A stretch of DNA of 64,000 nt from contig CM119271.1 of NCBI GenBank assembly GCA_051294375.1, positions 4,403,910-4,467,909 of the forward strand, read 5' to 3'. The notes below the pieces were generated by a model, which had not been told where the DNA came from, did not search any database, and was given only the letters and a program-made list of their open reading frames with translations. This stretch comes from Paraspadella gotoi (lineage: Eukaryota; Animalia; Chaetognatha). Position 1 is the stretch's first letter. Each line of letters begins with the position of its first letter. Shown one piece after another: positions 24,826 to 39,667 of this stretch. Made by a program: the position numbers and the translations under genes.

Positions 24826-25410
24826 TTTTTAGTCGCGCGCGCGTACCTCGCGGAGCAACCCTATAACAGCGGTAGCCGACCAAATTTAAATTTTAATGGG
24901 AACAGCATTAAACGAATCCATTATTGGTTAGTGTAGACAACTTTTTATAAGCTATCTGAATCTGCTTTTAAAAAATTACAAAATTTAAAAATAATTTTGA
25001 CATTTCTATCTATAAATAAATATTAAAAAAAAATAATTACTAGTGCTTCTAGTCTTTAAAAAAATTTGGTCCATTGAAAGTTTCTCAGAAATGTATGAAG
25101 TTTTCTTCTGATCCACCCCATTGACAAAGTTCTCCCTACTATAAGTCACTTCTCGGTTGATCTGTCGCTCGGTCGGTCGGTCTGTCTGTCCGTCGGTCTG
25201 TCTGTCCCACTTATGTTAAAAATGCTCAGAACTCGCCTATAGTTGGTTGCTCATTTGTTCAGACAGGAAAAACCTCAAATCTAAGTGACTGTTAGCGCCG
25301 CCTTCAGGAAAATCCTAAAACTATAAAAGAATAAAAGACCGAATTCCGTTGCAGTGCGTGTCAGAAATACACGGGCTAAGAAAGTCACATTGGATGGACC
25401 GATCTTGTTC
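24826..25410 (+). mobile_element. HINE/DINE-1-like element with a ~275-bp nested insert (24867-25138)
   Basis: 5' tttttagtcgcg...cgcggagcaac; (GGTC/TGTC)n tract at 25170-25207; 3' tcttgtt. The 5' cgcggagcaact is inverted relative to the 3' agtcgctccggcg seen at 12950. ctataa flanks both sides of the insert. Confidence 0.65.
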
Positions 25411-25720
25411 TTCTTTTCATCGCATACGTGCCTTTTTTTTAGTTTTCTTATTTTTATCTATGTTTTGTTAGACTTTGTTTTTATGCCATCTTTAATTTCG
25501 ACTTTTTCTCTCTCTCGAAGTTTTGCCTCACTTTTTTCCTTTTTCATTCTTCTCTTCTCCTTTACCTTTCCTCTTCTATCCCTTCTTTTTTCCTTCCTCT
25601 TCTCTTTTTTTCCTCCTCCTCTTCTTCCTCCTCTTCCTCCTCCTCCTCTCGTCTTCACTCCAACCGAGATTGCAACATCGTTTTCTCAGAACTGANNNNN
25701 NNNNNNNNNNNNNNNNNNNN

Positions 25721-25858
25721 GGAAGACAAAAAGAAAAAGAGAAGTAAGAAAAGAACAAAGAAAAGAAAAGAAAAGAAGAAAAAATATTAGATTAATTGTT
25801 TTGGACTCCAACGGAGAAGACGATGATCGAGATAATTTGTTGCATCGCGTGACGAGGT
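25721..25858 (+). repeat. Fragment of the unit (equivalent to 17849-17990) fused directly to the start of copy B
   Basis: ggaagacaaaaag...gcatcgcgtgacgaggt|cagttctcac. Confidence 0.92.
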
Positions 25859-26065
25859 CAGTTCTCACAATAGAAATACATCGCCACCTTCAGACCAAAT
25901 TTGGGTCTCATAAAAATCGCAGCACTCTGCAGCTATCGACATTAAAAAAGGCTTTTTTAAAGAAGTGAGAAAGACGAGAGGAGAAAAGGAGAGAGAAGCC
26001 CGTTCCTCTTTTTTTAAAGAAAAGAAAAAGAGACTGAGGGGTGGATTTAATAAAGACTGAGAGAG

Positions 26066-26098
<33 letters not shown>

Positions 26099-27319
26099 GA
26101 GGGAAGAGAAGGCGGGAGAGGGAGGGGAGAATCCGCGATTTGAAATTTTAATCGACAAATTTAAATTCCTTTTTTGTTAAAGAAACAATGAAGAAGAACG
26201 AAAGTGGAAAACGAAGAGGGGGGGAAAGGAGAGGAGAGAGGGAGGGAGGGAGGGATGGAGACGAATGAGATGGGAAGGAAGGAAGGAACATAAAACATGC
26301 TGGAAGTATAAGAGAAGGAGAGAGAAAGAAGAAAAACAGAATGTGAAGAAGGAAGGGGAATAGAAGAAACAAAGGAGAAAAATAAATTATATAATACTTA
26401 ATGGAGTGGATCTTGCATACAATTGAAACAGTTTTTGTAATATTATAACCACTTCCAGTTGATAGAAGAAATAAAAGTAAGAGAGGTAAAGGATAAAGGA
26501 AGATAGAAACTAAAAAGTTAAAAAGAGAAGGGTCCCGCCCGTTAGCACATCCATAGCCTGTCCTGAGTCAGCGGTAAGAGTATGATAGATAGAAAGATAG
26601 ATAAAAGGCATAGTAGTAGTAGATTGGTGAGATATAGGAGTATGATAGATAGATGAGTAATAGATATGAAGTAGATAGATAAGATAGATGATTTGATACA
26701 ATGAACTGATGATTTTATTTTGTCTTGTAGCAATTCATTAGATGAAAAAAGTATCAAGAGAGGGCCCTGAATGAAATTGGATGGGAAAGTGTGATGTCGA
26801 AGTGAAAATGGTGGAGGAAAAAAGAAAAAATAAAGAAAAAGAAAAAAAATTGCGGATGAGATTTTAAATTATTCTTATTAATTTTCTACACTAATAGTCG
26901 GTGAATAACGTGCGTGTAATCGAGTAATTAAATCAAGATAATTTAACTTTAGACTTCGTTTTTGTATCAGTAATCTTGTTGTAGATTCAGTTTCTCCCCG
27001 CTACTTTTTTTATCTGTTCACTCTATCGGAGCATTCTACAATTTCTACAGACTATCTTAGAGAATTATACTGAATTAAATGAAAAATACACTAATCGGTG
27101 AAGCTATTATATTTATTCTCCTGTAAATGAAGTTTTATCCTCGAAGAGCAGTTCATACTTGAGCATTTGTTAAGAAGCCATCAGTGGGAGGATGACAAGC
27201 TGCTTACCGGGTCCAATGCTTACGTCTATCGCCGTAAAACGAAGACAGAGTTAAGAGCCTTTTACCAACGTAAGCCCCTTCCTTTCTTCGCTGCGTGAGC
27301 TCAACTGATTATGGCGAAT

Positions 27320-27406
<87 letters not shown>

Positions 27407-30116
27407 AGACGTCGCAATACGTCTCGAGTTCATACACGCGTGGAGAAAAGAAAGAGGAAAAGGAAATAAATTAATAAAAGATAGGAAGACAAAAAGAAAA
27501 AGAGAAGTAAGAAAAGAACAAAGAAAAAAAAGAAAAGAAAAGAAGAAAAAATATTAGATTAATTGTTTTGGACTCCAACGGAGAAGACGATGATCGAGAT
27601 AATTTGTTGCATCGCGTGACGAGGTTCATAGCTAATTCTTTTCTCCTTGTGAATTGTGATTAGTTATTATACGATTAGCAATGTTTTTAACTTTTTTTTG
27701 TTAGACTCCACTCCAGTAAATCTCTGCCAAATCGGTCAGAAAATCTAAGACACAATGAAAAATAACGTGGCGTTACTGTCTCGTGCTGATTTTGTCCCTT
27801 TAAAATTGTTTCTGAGCCAAATTAATTGATTATTACTTTTGGTAATATGTGCGATATACACTACTGGACATTACTGTGTCTGACCAAAACCCTTGACCAT
27901 CAACAAAAAGCTAACGTAGATCAAAAATAGTAAAAAATATGAAGCAATATAGCTCGAAACGCTTACAAAATTTTAGACCATTGCTTTTATAAATGCAAAA
28001 AAAATATTAATATTATTTAAACAAACTTTAACAATAACTTAATAGTTAACCGAGACCAAGATGAATATTTTTTACCCATCATTTCCTCAATTTATATGAA
28101 TCATATGTTTGTAATTAGTCAATTAATCTAAATAACAATATGACAAATTCATTTTCAATTTTTTTTATGAATGGGAAGTTTTCTCTGGCTTACTCCCCTT
28201 GTGTCTAATGATTTAATATTTTAGAGGTATTTCCAAAAACCTTATATAATTACTATATTTTTCACTTTTTTTCAATTCTATCAAACAAAAACAACATCAT
28301 AAAAACATTTAAATTAATAAAAAATATTGATTGAATGATTTTGGAAAAAAATATTTTTAACTTGAGAATAATGGATTTCGAGTTAAGATAAAAATTTTGC
28401 AATTTCTAAAAATTATCTAATTTAAGCATCTAAAACTGGCTTTTAATTTTTCTAGAGGCTGATTTTTGATTTTTTGATATTTGATTTTCTATGCAAAAAC
28501 CATTATTCTCAGGAGCAAGTCGGAGGAATTTTTTTCCAGCATTTGAAAAAATTCAACTTTTTAATTAGGCTTTTTGTTGGGGGAAATAAATAAATCAATT
28601 ATTATACGATGGGTACATCTGAAAGTGTATGTCTCTAAATGACAAAAAATTTTCTTCAAGTTTTTTTTTAATTTAGTATTGTATCAATAGAAATAAGTGA
28701 GGTACTCCCGCTTTGCCAAAATTTTTATTTAACAAAGATTTGTACTGCGTATTTGTAAAAAAATTATTTTTTTAAATAACTTTTGAAAGAAAGGAGCTAA
28801 CAAGATGGTGTGGTATCAAATTAAAGCCCAATCATGGGACACCTTTCTAAAAGAGTTTTTATTAAATTAAATCATAAATCTTTACACAGTTTTGTTTAAA
28901 TCAGAGTTAGATTAACAGTATTTTGCTTTAAAAATTCAATGAAGCATATGAATTTTTTTATTTTCTTTTGTAATTTGAAAAAGGAAAGACTGAATACATT
29001 TGATTATTAATTAAATTTTCTTTATTCCATAAACTACTTATATTTTTAAGTTAAAGTAAAAACAAGCAAAATTTATGTTTTAGCTTAGTAAAATGTTCTT
29101 TTTAAATATCAAAAATGATAAATACAAAAATGTTTTCAGCTTGATATAAAACAGTCTGGACATCTACCTTCTTGTCTGTGGAAAAAAAAATATGGAATTT
29201 TTCATTATCTTTAACTGCAAACTAAAAGCTTGACACACTGCTTGTTATCATAATAAGTTTTTAAAAAATTATATAACTGGCAATATATTTGAAAAGCAAG
29301 ACATCATTGTGTTAAATTGTATTGATAATTTTCTTTTAATATAGCAGGAATTTAATTCTATTATTTTATCATCCATTTTAATTAAGAAAAAATATTTTCT
29401 CATAATAGCCCATTAGAAGGTTCATTGAGTGACTTAATGATTGAATTTTTTAGATATCTTTACTGCCCCCATTTCACAAAGATATAAAAGGTCATGGTTA
29501 TCATGTCAGTAAGTCCAGATTATCTGTACCCTTTATACAACACTGCATTCTGGAATTTTCTTTTTTCCCTTTCAAATGTATTAAATAAAAAAAATTATTG
29601 AGAGAACAATCGCGTGGAGGATGCCATTGGTAGCCTTAGTTACTCTATTCCCGATCGAATTTTTAAATGAGTCTTTTTTTCCATCTATTTGAGACATAAC
29701 ACTAACTATTGGTACTATTATTTTTTTTTTATTTTTTCTATTACAATTCTAGGAATAAATATGAATAAATAACTTTTTAAAAAATTTATTATCTTTCACC
29801 CTATATTCGTCATATCTAAAAAACAAAAAAAGATTTTGCATTGATATTTTGGATATCGACTATAACGTTTCGAAAAATAAAAAGAAATATAATAATATTG
29901 AACATGTGATTTTTTTTATGCACGGAACAGTAACGTTACGGGCCATTTTTCATTGTGTCTAACAAATTCAAATGGAGAAAACTCGCACCCTCTTTAAAGT
30001 TATTAGACAAAAAAGCCAAATATAAACTGACAGAATACGAAAAAATATAAGAAACAAGGAAAAAAAAGGAAAGATCACTAAACTTCGTCTTTTCTTGACG
30101 CCGAATCGAATGAGGA

Positions 30117-30186
<70 letters not shown>

Positions 30187-30366
30187 GGAGAGAGAGAAAG
30201 AGAGTAGCAACTAACGAGACTCATCAATTTTTTTTTCCTTCTATTTTTCCCATTGGTTTCATCTCAACATCTTTAATACTCATTGACTTTATTATTTATT
30301 ATTTTTTTCACTGACATTTAATGCCGTTTCCTTTCCCGGTCAATATCTCTCTCTCTCTCTCTCTTC

Positions 30367-30398
<32 letters not shown>

Positions 30399-31096
30399 CT
30401 CTCTCCCTCTCTCCCTCCCTCCTCTCTCTCCCCTTCCCTTGCCGTCTTCATTTTTCTCGCTTTGTCCTGCCATCCGTCGTCATTGTTTCTTCCATTTTTC
30501 TTGTTGCTTCCGCCGCCTCCAAGCGGCGTTGATGCAGGACTTCCTTCCTCGGGAGCAAGAGAAACCTCGGTCGTTGCATTCATCTGTTATATAGGGAGAA
30601 GAAAATGTTTTTTTTATTTTTTGTTTATTTTAAACAATGTTTAAAACAGACGAAAGCCTCATAAACAACACAGTACCTTCATCGATCAAAATCCGAAATG
30701 ACCGTCCAAGGACGACGACGACGACGACGACGACGACAACAACCAAGACGACATCCGATAACGAAGACCAACGAGCCAAAAGGTCTTTGTCTCTTTTTCT
30801 TGCAGTTTTAGCTCCGACGTCGCAATGGGACGAAGCGACGATGAACGAGACGCCATTTCCNNNNNNNNNNNNNNNNNNNNNNNNNGCGAGACCGACGGCA
30901 GAAGAAGCAGGTGGCAATAAGCAGGTGGCAATTAGCAGGTGGTAATTGGGACTCGGTGATTCGGAGAAGGACGACCGGGACAGCAGGACAGATGGCGGTT
31001 GGACATTGCAGACTGCAGAGACCCATATGGAAACTGTTCGTGAACTGGATGCTTACGGCTGCAAACAAAATATTTATAAGTAATTATGCTTTTGAA
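25859..31096 (+). repeat. Copy B (3'-truncated; equivalent to 15998-21555)
   Basis: Same start as copy A; ends taattatgcttttgaa and is followed immediately by cagttctcac. Confidence 0.97.
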
Positions 31097-31289
31097 CAGT
31101 TCTCACAATAGAAATACAGCGCCACCTTCAGACCAAATTTGGGTCTCATAAAATCGCAGCACTCTGCAGCTATCGACATTAAAAAGGCTTTTTAAAGAAG
31201 TGAGAAAGACGAGAGGAGAAAAGGAGAGAGAAGCCCGTTCCTCTTTTTTTAAAGAAAGAAAAAAGACTGAGGGGTGGATTTTAATAAAG

Positions 31290-31364
<75 letters not shown>

Positions 31365-31853
31365 GGAGAGCGGAGGGGGAGAATCCGCGATTTGAAATTT
31401 TAATCGACAAAATTTCAAATTCCTTTTTTGTTAAAGAAACAATGAAGAAGAACGAAGTGGAAAACGAAGAGGGGGGGAAAGGAGAGGAGAGAGGGAGGGA
31501 GGGAGGGATGAAGAGACGGAGGGATGGAGGGATGGGAGGAAGGAAGGAACATAAACATGCCTGGAAGTATAAGAGAAGGAGAGAGAAAGAAGAAAACAGA
31601 ATGTGAAGAAGGGAAGGGGAATAGAAGAAACAAGGAGAAAAATAAATTATATAATACTTAATGGAGTGGATCTTGCATACAATTGAAACAGTTTTTGTAA
31701 TATTATACCACTTCATTGATAGAGAAATAAAAGTAAGAGAGGTAAAATAAAGGAAGATAAAACTAAAAAGTTAAAAGAGAAGGGTCCCGCCTTAGCACAC
31801 CATAGCCTGTCCTGAGTCAGCGGTAAGATAGATAGATAGAAAGATAGATAAAG

Positions 31854-31945
<92 letters not shown>

Positions 31946-32588
31946 TTGATAAATGAACTGATGATTTTTATTTTGTTTGTACAAATTTCATTAGATGAAA
32001 AAAGTACAAGAGAGCCCTGAATGAAATTGATGGGAAAGTGTGATGTCGAAGTGAAAATGGTTGGAGGAAAAAGATATAAATAAAAGAAAAAGATAAAAAG
32101 AATGCGCCGGATGAGGTCTCTATGAGATTTAAATATTCTTATTATTTTCTGACACTAAAGGTCGCGTTGAATAACGTACGTTAACGATCGATAATTAAAT
32201 CAAGATAATTTACTTTAGACGTTCGTTTTTGTATCAGTAATCTGTGTTGTAGATTTCAGTTTCTCGCCCGCTACCTTTTTTTTTATCTTCACTCTATGCG
32301 ACATTCTGACAATCTACAGACTATCTAGAAATTATACTGAATTAAATGAAAAATACACTAATCGGTGAAGCTATTATATTTATTCTCCTGTAAATGAAGT
32401 TTTATCCTCGAAGAGCAGTTCATACTTGAGCATTTGTTAAGAAGCCATCAGTGGAGGGATGACAAGCTGCTTACCGGGTCCAATGCTTACGGTCTATCGC
32501 CGTAAAACGAAGACAGAGTTAAGAGCCTTTTACCAACGTAAGCCCTTCCTTTCTTCGCTGCGTGAGCTCAACTGATTATGGCGAATGA

Positions 32589-32679
<91 letters not shown>

Positions 32680-35403
32680 GGTCGCAATACGTCTCGAGTT
32701 CATACACGCGTGGAGAAAAGAAAGAGGAAAAGGAAATAAATTAATAAAAGATAGGAAGACAAAAAGAAAAAGAGAAGTAAGAAAAGAACAAAGAAAAAAA
32801 AGAAAAGAAGAAAAAAAATATTAGATTAATTGTTTTGGACTCCAACGGAGAAGACGATGATCGAGATAATTTGTTGCATCGCGTGACGAGGTTCATAGCT
32901 AATTCTTTTCTCCTTGTGAATTGTGATAGTTATTATACAATTAGCAATGTTTTTAACTTTTTTTTGTTAGACTCCACTCCAGAAATCTCTGCCAAATCGG
33001 TCAGAAAATCTAAGACACAATGAAAAATAACGTGGCGTTACTGTCTCGTGCTGATTTTGTCCCTTTAAAATTGTTTCTGAGCCAAATTAATTGATTATTA
33101 CTTTTGGTAATATGTGCGATATACACTAGCTGGACATTACTGTGTCTGACCAAAACCCTTGACCATCAACAAAAAGCTAACTAGATCAAAAAATAGTAAA
33201 AAATATGAAGCAATATAGCTCGAAACGCTTACAAAATTTTAGACCATTGCTTTTATAAATGCAAAAAAAATATTAATATTATTTAAACAAAACTTAACAA
33301 TAAACTTAATAGTTAACCGAGACCAAGATGAATATTTTTGACCCATCATTTCCTCAATTTATATGAATCATATGTTTGTAATTAGTCAATTAATCTAAAT
33401 AACAATATGACAAATTCATTTTCAATTTTTTTATGAATGGGAAGTTTTCTCTGGCTTACTCCCCTTGTGTCTAATGATTTAATATTTTAGAGGTATTTCC
33501 AAAAACCTTATATAATTACTATATTTTTCACTTTTTTCAATTCTATCAAACAAAAACAACATCATAAAAACATTTTAAATTAATAAAAAATATTGATTGA
33601 ATGATTTTGGAAAAAAATATTTTTAAACTTGAGAATAATGGATTTCGAGTTAAGATAAAAATTTTGCAATTTCTAAAAAATCATTCAGCCTCTAGCCTTT
33701 TAATTTTTTCTAGAGGCTGATTTTTTGATTTTTTGATATTTGATTTTCTATGCAAAAACCATTATTCTCAAGGAGCATAGGTCGGAGGAATTTTTTTCCA
33801 GCAATTTGAAAAAATTTCAACTTTTTTAATTAGGCTTTTTTTGGGGAAATAAATAAATCAATTATTATACGATGGGTACATCTGAAAGTGTATGTCTCTA
33901 AATGACAAAAAATTTTCTTCAAGTTTTTTTTTAAATTTAAGTATTGTATCAATAGAAATAAGTGAGGTACTCCCGCTTTGCCAAAATTTTTATTTAACAA
34001 AGATTTGTACTGCGTAATTTTAAAAAAATTATTTTTTTAAATAACTTTTGAAAGAAAGGAGCGAACAAGATGGGTGTGGTATCAAATTAAAGCCCTAATC
34101 ATGGGACACCTTTCTAAAAGAGTTTTTATTAAATTAAATCCATAAATCTTTACACAGCTTTTGTTTAAATCAGAGTTAAAAGTATAACAGTATTTTGCTT
34201 TAAAAATTTCAATGAAGCATATGAATTTTTTTATTTTTCTTTTGTAATTTGAAAAAGGAAAGACTGAATTACATTTTGATTATTAATTAAATTTTCTTTA
34301 TTCCATAAAACTACTTATATTTTTTAAGTTAAAGTAAAAAACAAGCAAAATTTATGTTTTAGCTTAGTAAAATGTCTTTTTAAATATCAAAAATGATAAA
34401 TACAAAAATGTTTTCAGCTTGATATAAACAGTCTGGACATCTACCTTCTTGTCTGTGTGAAAAAAAATATGGAATTTTTTCATTATCTTTAACTGCAAAC
34501 TAAAAGCTTGACACACTGCTTGTTTATCATAATAAAGTTTTTAAAAAATTATATAACTGGCAATATATTTGACAAAGCAAGACATCATTGTGTTAAATTG
34601 TATTGATAATTTTCTTTTAAATATAGCAAGGAATTTAATTCTATTATTTATCATCCATTTTAATTAAGAAAAAATATTTTCTCATAATAGCCCATTAGAA
34701 AGGTTCATTGAGCTGACTTAATGATTGAATTTTTTAGATATCTTTACTGCCCCATCACAAGATATAAAAGGTCATGGTTATCATGGCAGTAAGTCCAGAT
34801 TATCTGTACCCTTTATACAACCTGCATTCTGGAATTTTCTTTTTTCCCTTTCAAATGTATTAAATAAAAAAAATTATTTGAGAGAACAATCGCGTGGAGG
34901 ATGCCATTGGTAAGCCTTAGTTACTCTACTTCCCGATCGAATTTTTAAATGAGGTTTTTTTTCCATCTATTTGAGACATAACACTAACTATTGGTACTAT
35001 TATTTTTTTTTTATTTTTTTCTATTACAATTCTAGGAATAAATATGAATAAATAACTTTTTAAAAAAATTTATTATCTTTCACCCTATATTCGTCATATC
35101 TAAAAAACAAAAAAAGATTTTGCATTGATATTTTGGATATCGGACTATAACGTTTCGAAAAATAAAAAGAAATATAATAATATTGAACAGTGAATTTTTT
35201 TTATGCACGGAACAGTAACGTTACGGGCCATTTTTCATTGTGTCCTAACAAAATTCAAATGGAGAAAACTCGCCACCCTCTTTAAAGTTATTAGACAAAA
35301 AAGCCAAATATAACTGAACAGAATACGAAAAAATATAAGAAACAAGGAAAAAAAAGGAAAGATCACTAAACTTCGTCTTTCTTGACGCCGAATCGAATGA
35401 GGA

Positions 35404-35472
<69 letters not shown>

Positions 35473-36390
35473 GCAGAGAGAGAAAAGAGAGTAGCACTAA
35501 CGAGACTTCATCATTTTTTTTTCCTTCTATTTTTCCCCATTGGTTTCATTCTCAACATCTTTAATACTCATTGACTTTATTATTTATTATTTTTTTCACT
35601 GACATTTAATGCCGTTTCCTTTCCCGGTCAATATCTCTCTCTCTCTCTCTCTTCTCTGTCTCTCTCTCTCTCTCTCTCTCTCCTCTCCCTCTCTCCCTCC
35701 CTCCTCTCTCTCCCCTTCCCCTTGCCGTCTTCATTTTTCTCGCTTTGTCCTCCATCCGTCGTCATTGTTTCTTCCATTTTTCTTGTTGCTTCCGCCGCCT
35801 CCAAGCGGCGTTGATGCAGGACTTCCTTCCTCGGGAGCAAGAGAAACCTCGGTCGTTGCATTCATTGTTATATAGGGAGAAGAAAATGTTTTTTTTATTT
35901 TTTGTTTATTTTAAACAATGTTTAAAACAGACGAAAGCCTCATAAACAACACAGTACCTTCATCGATCAAAATCCGAAAATGACCGTCCAAGGACGACGA
36001 CGACGACGACGACGACGACAACAACAAGACGACATCCGATAACGAAGACCAACGAGCCAAAAGGTCTTTGTCTCTTTTTCTTGCAGTTTTAGCTCCGACG
36101 TCGCAATGGGACGAAGCGACGATGAACGAGACGCCATTTCCGCGAGACCGACGGCAGAAGAAGCAGGTGGCAATGAGCAGGTGGCAATTAGCAGGTGGTA
36201 ATTGGTACTCGTGATTCGGAGAAGGACGACCGGGACAGCAGGACAGATGGCGGCTGGACATTTGCAGACTGCAGAGACCATATGGAACTGTTCGTGAACT
36301 GGATGCTTACGGCTGCAAACAAAATATTTATAAGTAATTATGCTTTTGAAGAAACGATGAGAGAGAGATGAGAGAGAGAGAAGAGAGAGA

Positions 36391-36440
<50 letters not shown>

Positions 36441-38222
36441 NNNNNNNNNNNNNNNNNNNNNNNNNGAGAGAGAGAATTTACAAAACGCAGAAAAGATAAA
36501 AATTCTAAGACTAAAAAACTTGAAAAAAAAAACCTCAAAACTCAAATGAGGAAAAAAGTTTGTTTTCGTGAAGAAGAAAAAAAAAACAAATCGTGAAAAG
36601 AAACGAAGCGAAAAACAGGAGAAACAAAACCCGATGGTAAAAAATGTTCTGGCGTCGGCTTCTCTCCGGTGTTTGTTTGCGAATTTGTCGGTTTGTAAGA
36701 TGTTTCGTATGTTTGAACGTTCGTTTGTTCTTATGTCTGTTTGTTCGTTGATTTCTAAAGGTTTTTTTTTCTTCTTCGTTTGACGGTTTTCATTTATTTA
36801 ACGAGTTCAGTCACATCTTGAGCAGAAAGGGAAAGAGAGGGAAGGACAGACGGATGGACTGACAGAGGGAGAGACGGACCGATAGAGAAAAGAGAGAAAG
36901 GAGAGACAAGCAGTCGGTCTCGAAGAAAAAAAAATGGTGAACGGAAAAAAAAAATTTTTTGAAGAAAAAAAAGAAAATAAACAAGAAAGAAAAAGAGAGA
37001 AAAAGAAAGAAAAAAAAAAGTTTAAAGAGGAAGGGGATCTCTCTCGTCGTTGTTATCGTCGTCATCGTCATTTTCGTCTTCAGTTTACCTCGTTATCGTT
37101 TCCCCCAATTTTTGCGTCTTCGTCGTCAAGGCGACGGTTATCCACACAATCGATCGCGTATACGTCTGTCTCGTCGTCGGTCTTCATCGTCGTCTTTGTC
37201 GTCGTCATTTTTGTCACATGATTTTGTCGTCGTCATTTTTGTCACATGATTTTGTCGTCGTCTTCTTCTATATCAACGTAATTGACTCCAATAATCTTCG
37301 ATACAATAATCCGTCAGCTTCTTTGCCTCCCATTTTTCCGCCTCGTGAACGACTAATTAGAGAGAAAGAGAGATAATACAAATAAATGAACAACACGAAA
37401 ACTGAAACCTAAAAACGTATATATATTCCCCGATCTAAAACTTAAATACTTATACAATTTAAACATTCTTTGAGTTTGAAATTTTTATACCACTTCATTG
37501 ATAGGGAAGCCAGTTACTTAAACCACCAAAGCCTCTCCAAAGTCCGGGGCAAGATAGCTTATTTATTAAATGAATAATTTGTATATTGGTTGTACCAATT
37601 TCATAACAAGGAGCTTCGAGATGAAAGCTTAAAACGAATATGTGAAGAACGACAGTAACCAACTGTCGCCGGGCGACAAAAAAAAAAAAACCTTGTGCCT
37701 TCTGCTTTTAATCATTGACTCGGATCGATATCTGGACAAGAGGGAGATGCAGTCGAGTTCATTAACATCCGAACTCTTTCAACGGCGTCGGGAAATTCAT
37801 CATCAAAGACAATCGCTATGATCCGTTTTGTCCAGAGTACGAAAAACGCGCCTCGATGGACTTCCGGAAACAATCACTTGATTAAACTGTAAAATGAACA
37901 AAAAATGTTTAATATTTTTTTCTCTAAAAATAGTTCAATTCCAATTCGACATTAATAATAATAATTAATAGTTAATAATAATAAACACGATTTGACATTA
38001 AGATACACGCATATACAAATGTACATGGGACGAATGCGTTATCAAACTAGGACGGAAATAAATCTAAACAAGAAAAAAATTCAAGAAAAATAATACCTCC
38101 GGGTTGCATCGAAAACGACAAATTGTATAAATTTGGAAAAAAAACATAAAATTTTTACTTAAATTTTTACTTAAATAGCAAAACCCTCAGAAAGGAAAAT
38201 GTTACAAAACCCTTTTTGGGAT

Positions 38223-38397
38223 AATTTTACTTTCGCCGACACGAGTTAGGGAGGGGTTAGGGTTAAGGATGGGTTAGGGTTAAATGGGTTTAGGGTTAGG
38301 GTAATTAGGTAATATTTTTTTTAATTTTTTTTTAAAATAAGTATTTTTAAATGGTTTTTCAAAATACCCCAAAACCGCGGTCGGCGAAAGTAAAATT
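38223..38397. mobile_element. TTAGGG-MITE 1, copy C counterpart
   Basis: Same 18-bp TIRs as 23391-23562. Confidence 0.85.
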
Positions 38398-38668
38398 TAG
38401 CCACTTTGGGATCTGACTTTGTGGATTTTTGTAGAGAAAAATATCGAGTTGTTTTCGGTTTAAAGATAAGACATGTCATGATCGAAATCATTCAAAAACG
38501 AGGGAAGGTAAAAAGACAAAACAATGGTAAGTAAGAAATAACGGAAAACGTTAAACAATAAAAAAGGTAAGGTTGATTTAAGGTCAGGAACCTGACCTTG
38601 GTAAAATTACAGTTTCCTTGTCGTGCTTGTTGTCGTTGTTGTTGTTGTTGTCGCCGCACCACTGGCTT

Positions 38669-38852
38669 AATTTTACTTTCGCCGACCGGTATTAGGGGCG
38701 GTTTAGGATTAAAGGTGGTTTAGGGGTGGTTATAGGTTAGGGTTAAGAGGGTTTAGGGTTAGTGGTAATTAAGTAATAATTTTTTTTTTAAATAAATATT
38801 TTTAAGTGGTTTTTCAAAAGACGCCAAAACCCCGGTAGGCGAAAGTAAAATT
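38669..38852. mobile_element. TTAGGG-MITE 2, copy C counterpart
   Basis: Same TIRs as 23834-24017. Confidence 0.85.
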
Positions 38853-39602
38853 TTTCCCATTTTTTATTAAATGTATTTACTAACATTGACATTTTTAAAT
38901 ATTTTATGTATCAAAATAATATTTTTAAAACGCCAGGCAATTATAATTTAAAAGGAAAAAAAAAACGCACGAATTCAAAAGTTATTTTAAATATGACGTG
39001 TCGTCTATTAGTTTCCAACCGCTAAATAATCGTAGTACACGATCCTGAATCGTTTCGCTCTTTTTTCCTCTTTTCAACTTTTCTTCTTTTTTCGTCTCTT
39101 TTTTTTTATTTCTTTTTTCCTCTTTCATCATCTTCCTTCCGATTCCGACTGTCACTCTCTTTATTGTCCCGATTCGCTCTCTTGGCCTCGCACACTCTCC
39201 CCCTCACCCCCACCACCCATCCTCTCCACCCCCCCCCCCCAGCACCTCCCCCCCACTCCAACCCTCTCCCAGCCCCTTATTACCTTCCGTTCGTGCAAAC
39301 GTCATATTCTCTGCAAGCGCCTTGCATATATTTCTCAAACGACCTTCTCTACTCACATTTTCTGCTTAATATTAACAAAATGAGACTCCCCCACTCTTGT
39401 TTTGCGCGGGTTTCTTGAATTTATCCTTCTCACTTTTCCTCACTTTTTCTCACTTTTTTCTGACTCGCCCAAATCCTCGAGCACCCAGGGCGTCCGAAAC
39501 ACGGAAACAAGGAAACGCGATAAATCTTCTCCTGGCTTCTCGTAATCTTTTCTCGCGTTTTCGTGTCCTCGTTTTCCTGTTTTGTTTTTTATCTTTATCC
39601 TT

Positions 39603-39641
<39 letters not shown>

Positions 39642-39667
39642 TTCTTACTCGTCTTCATCAGTTTTGA

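Larger units (their letters stand above)
15998..25695 (+). repeat. Copy A of a ~9.7 kb directly repeated unit
   Basis: Starts cagttctcacaatagaa, is collinear with 25859-31096 and 31097-41022, and ends at the 25-N gap at 25696. Confidence 0.97.
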
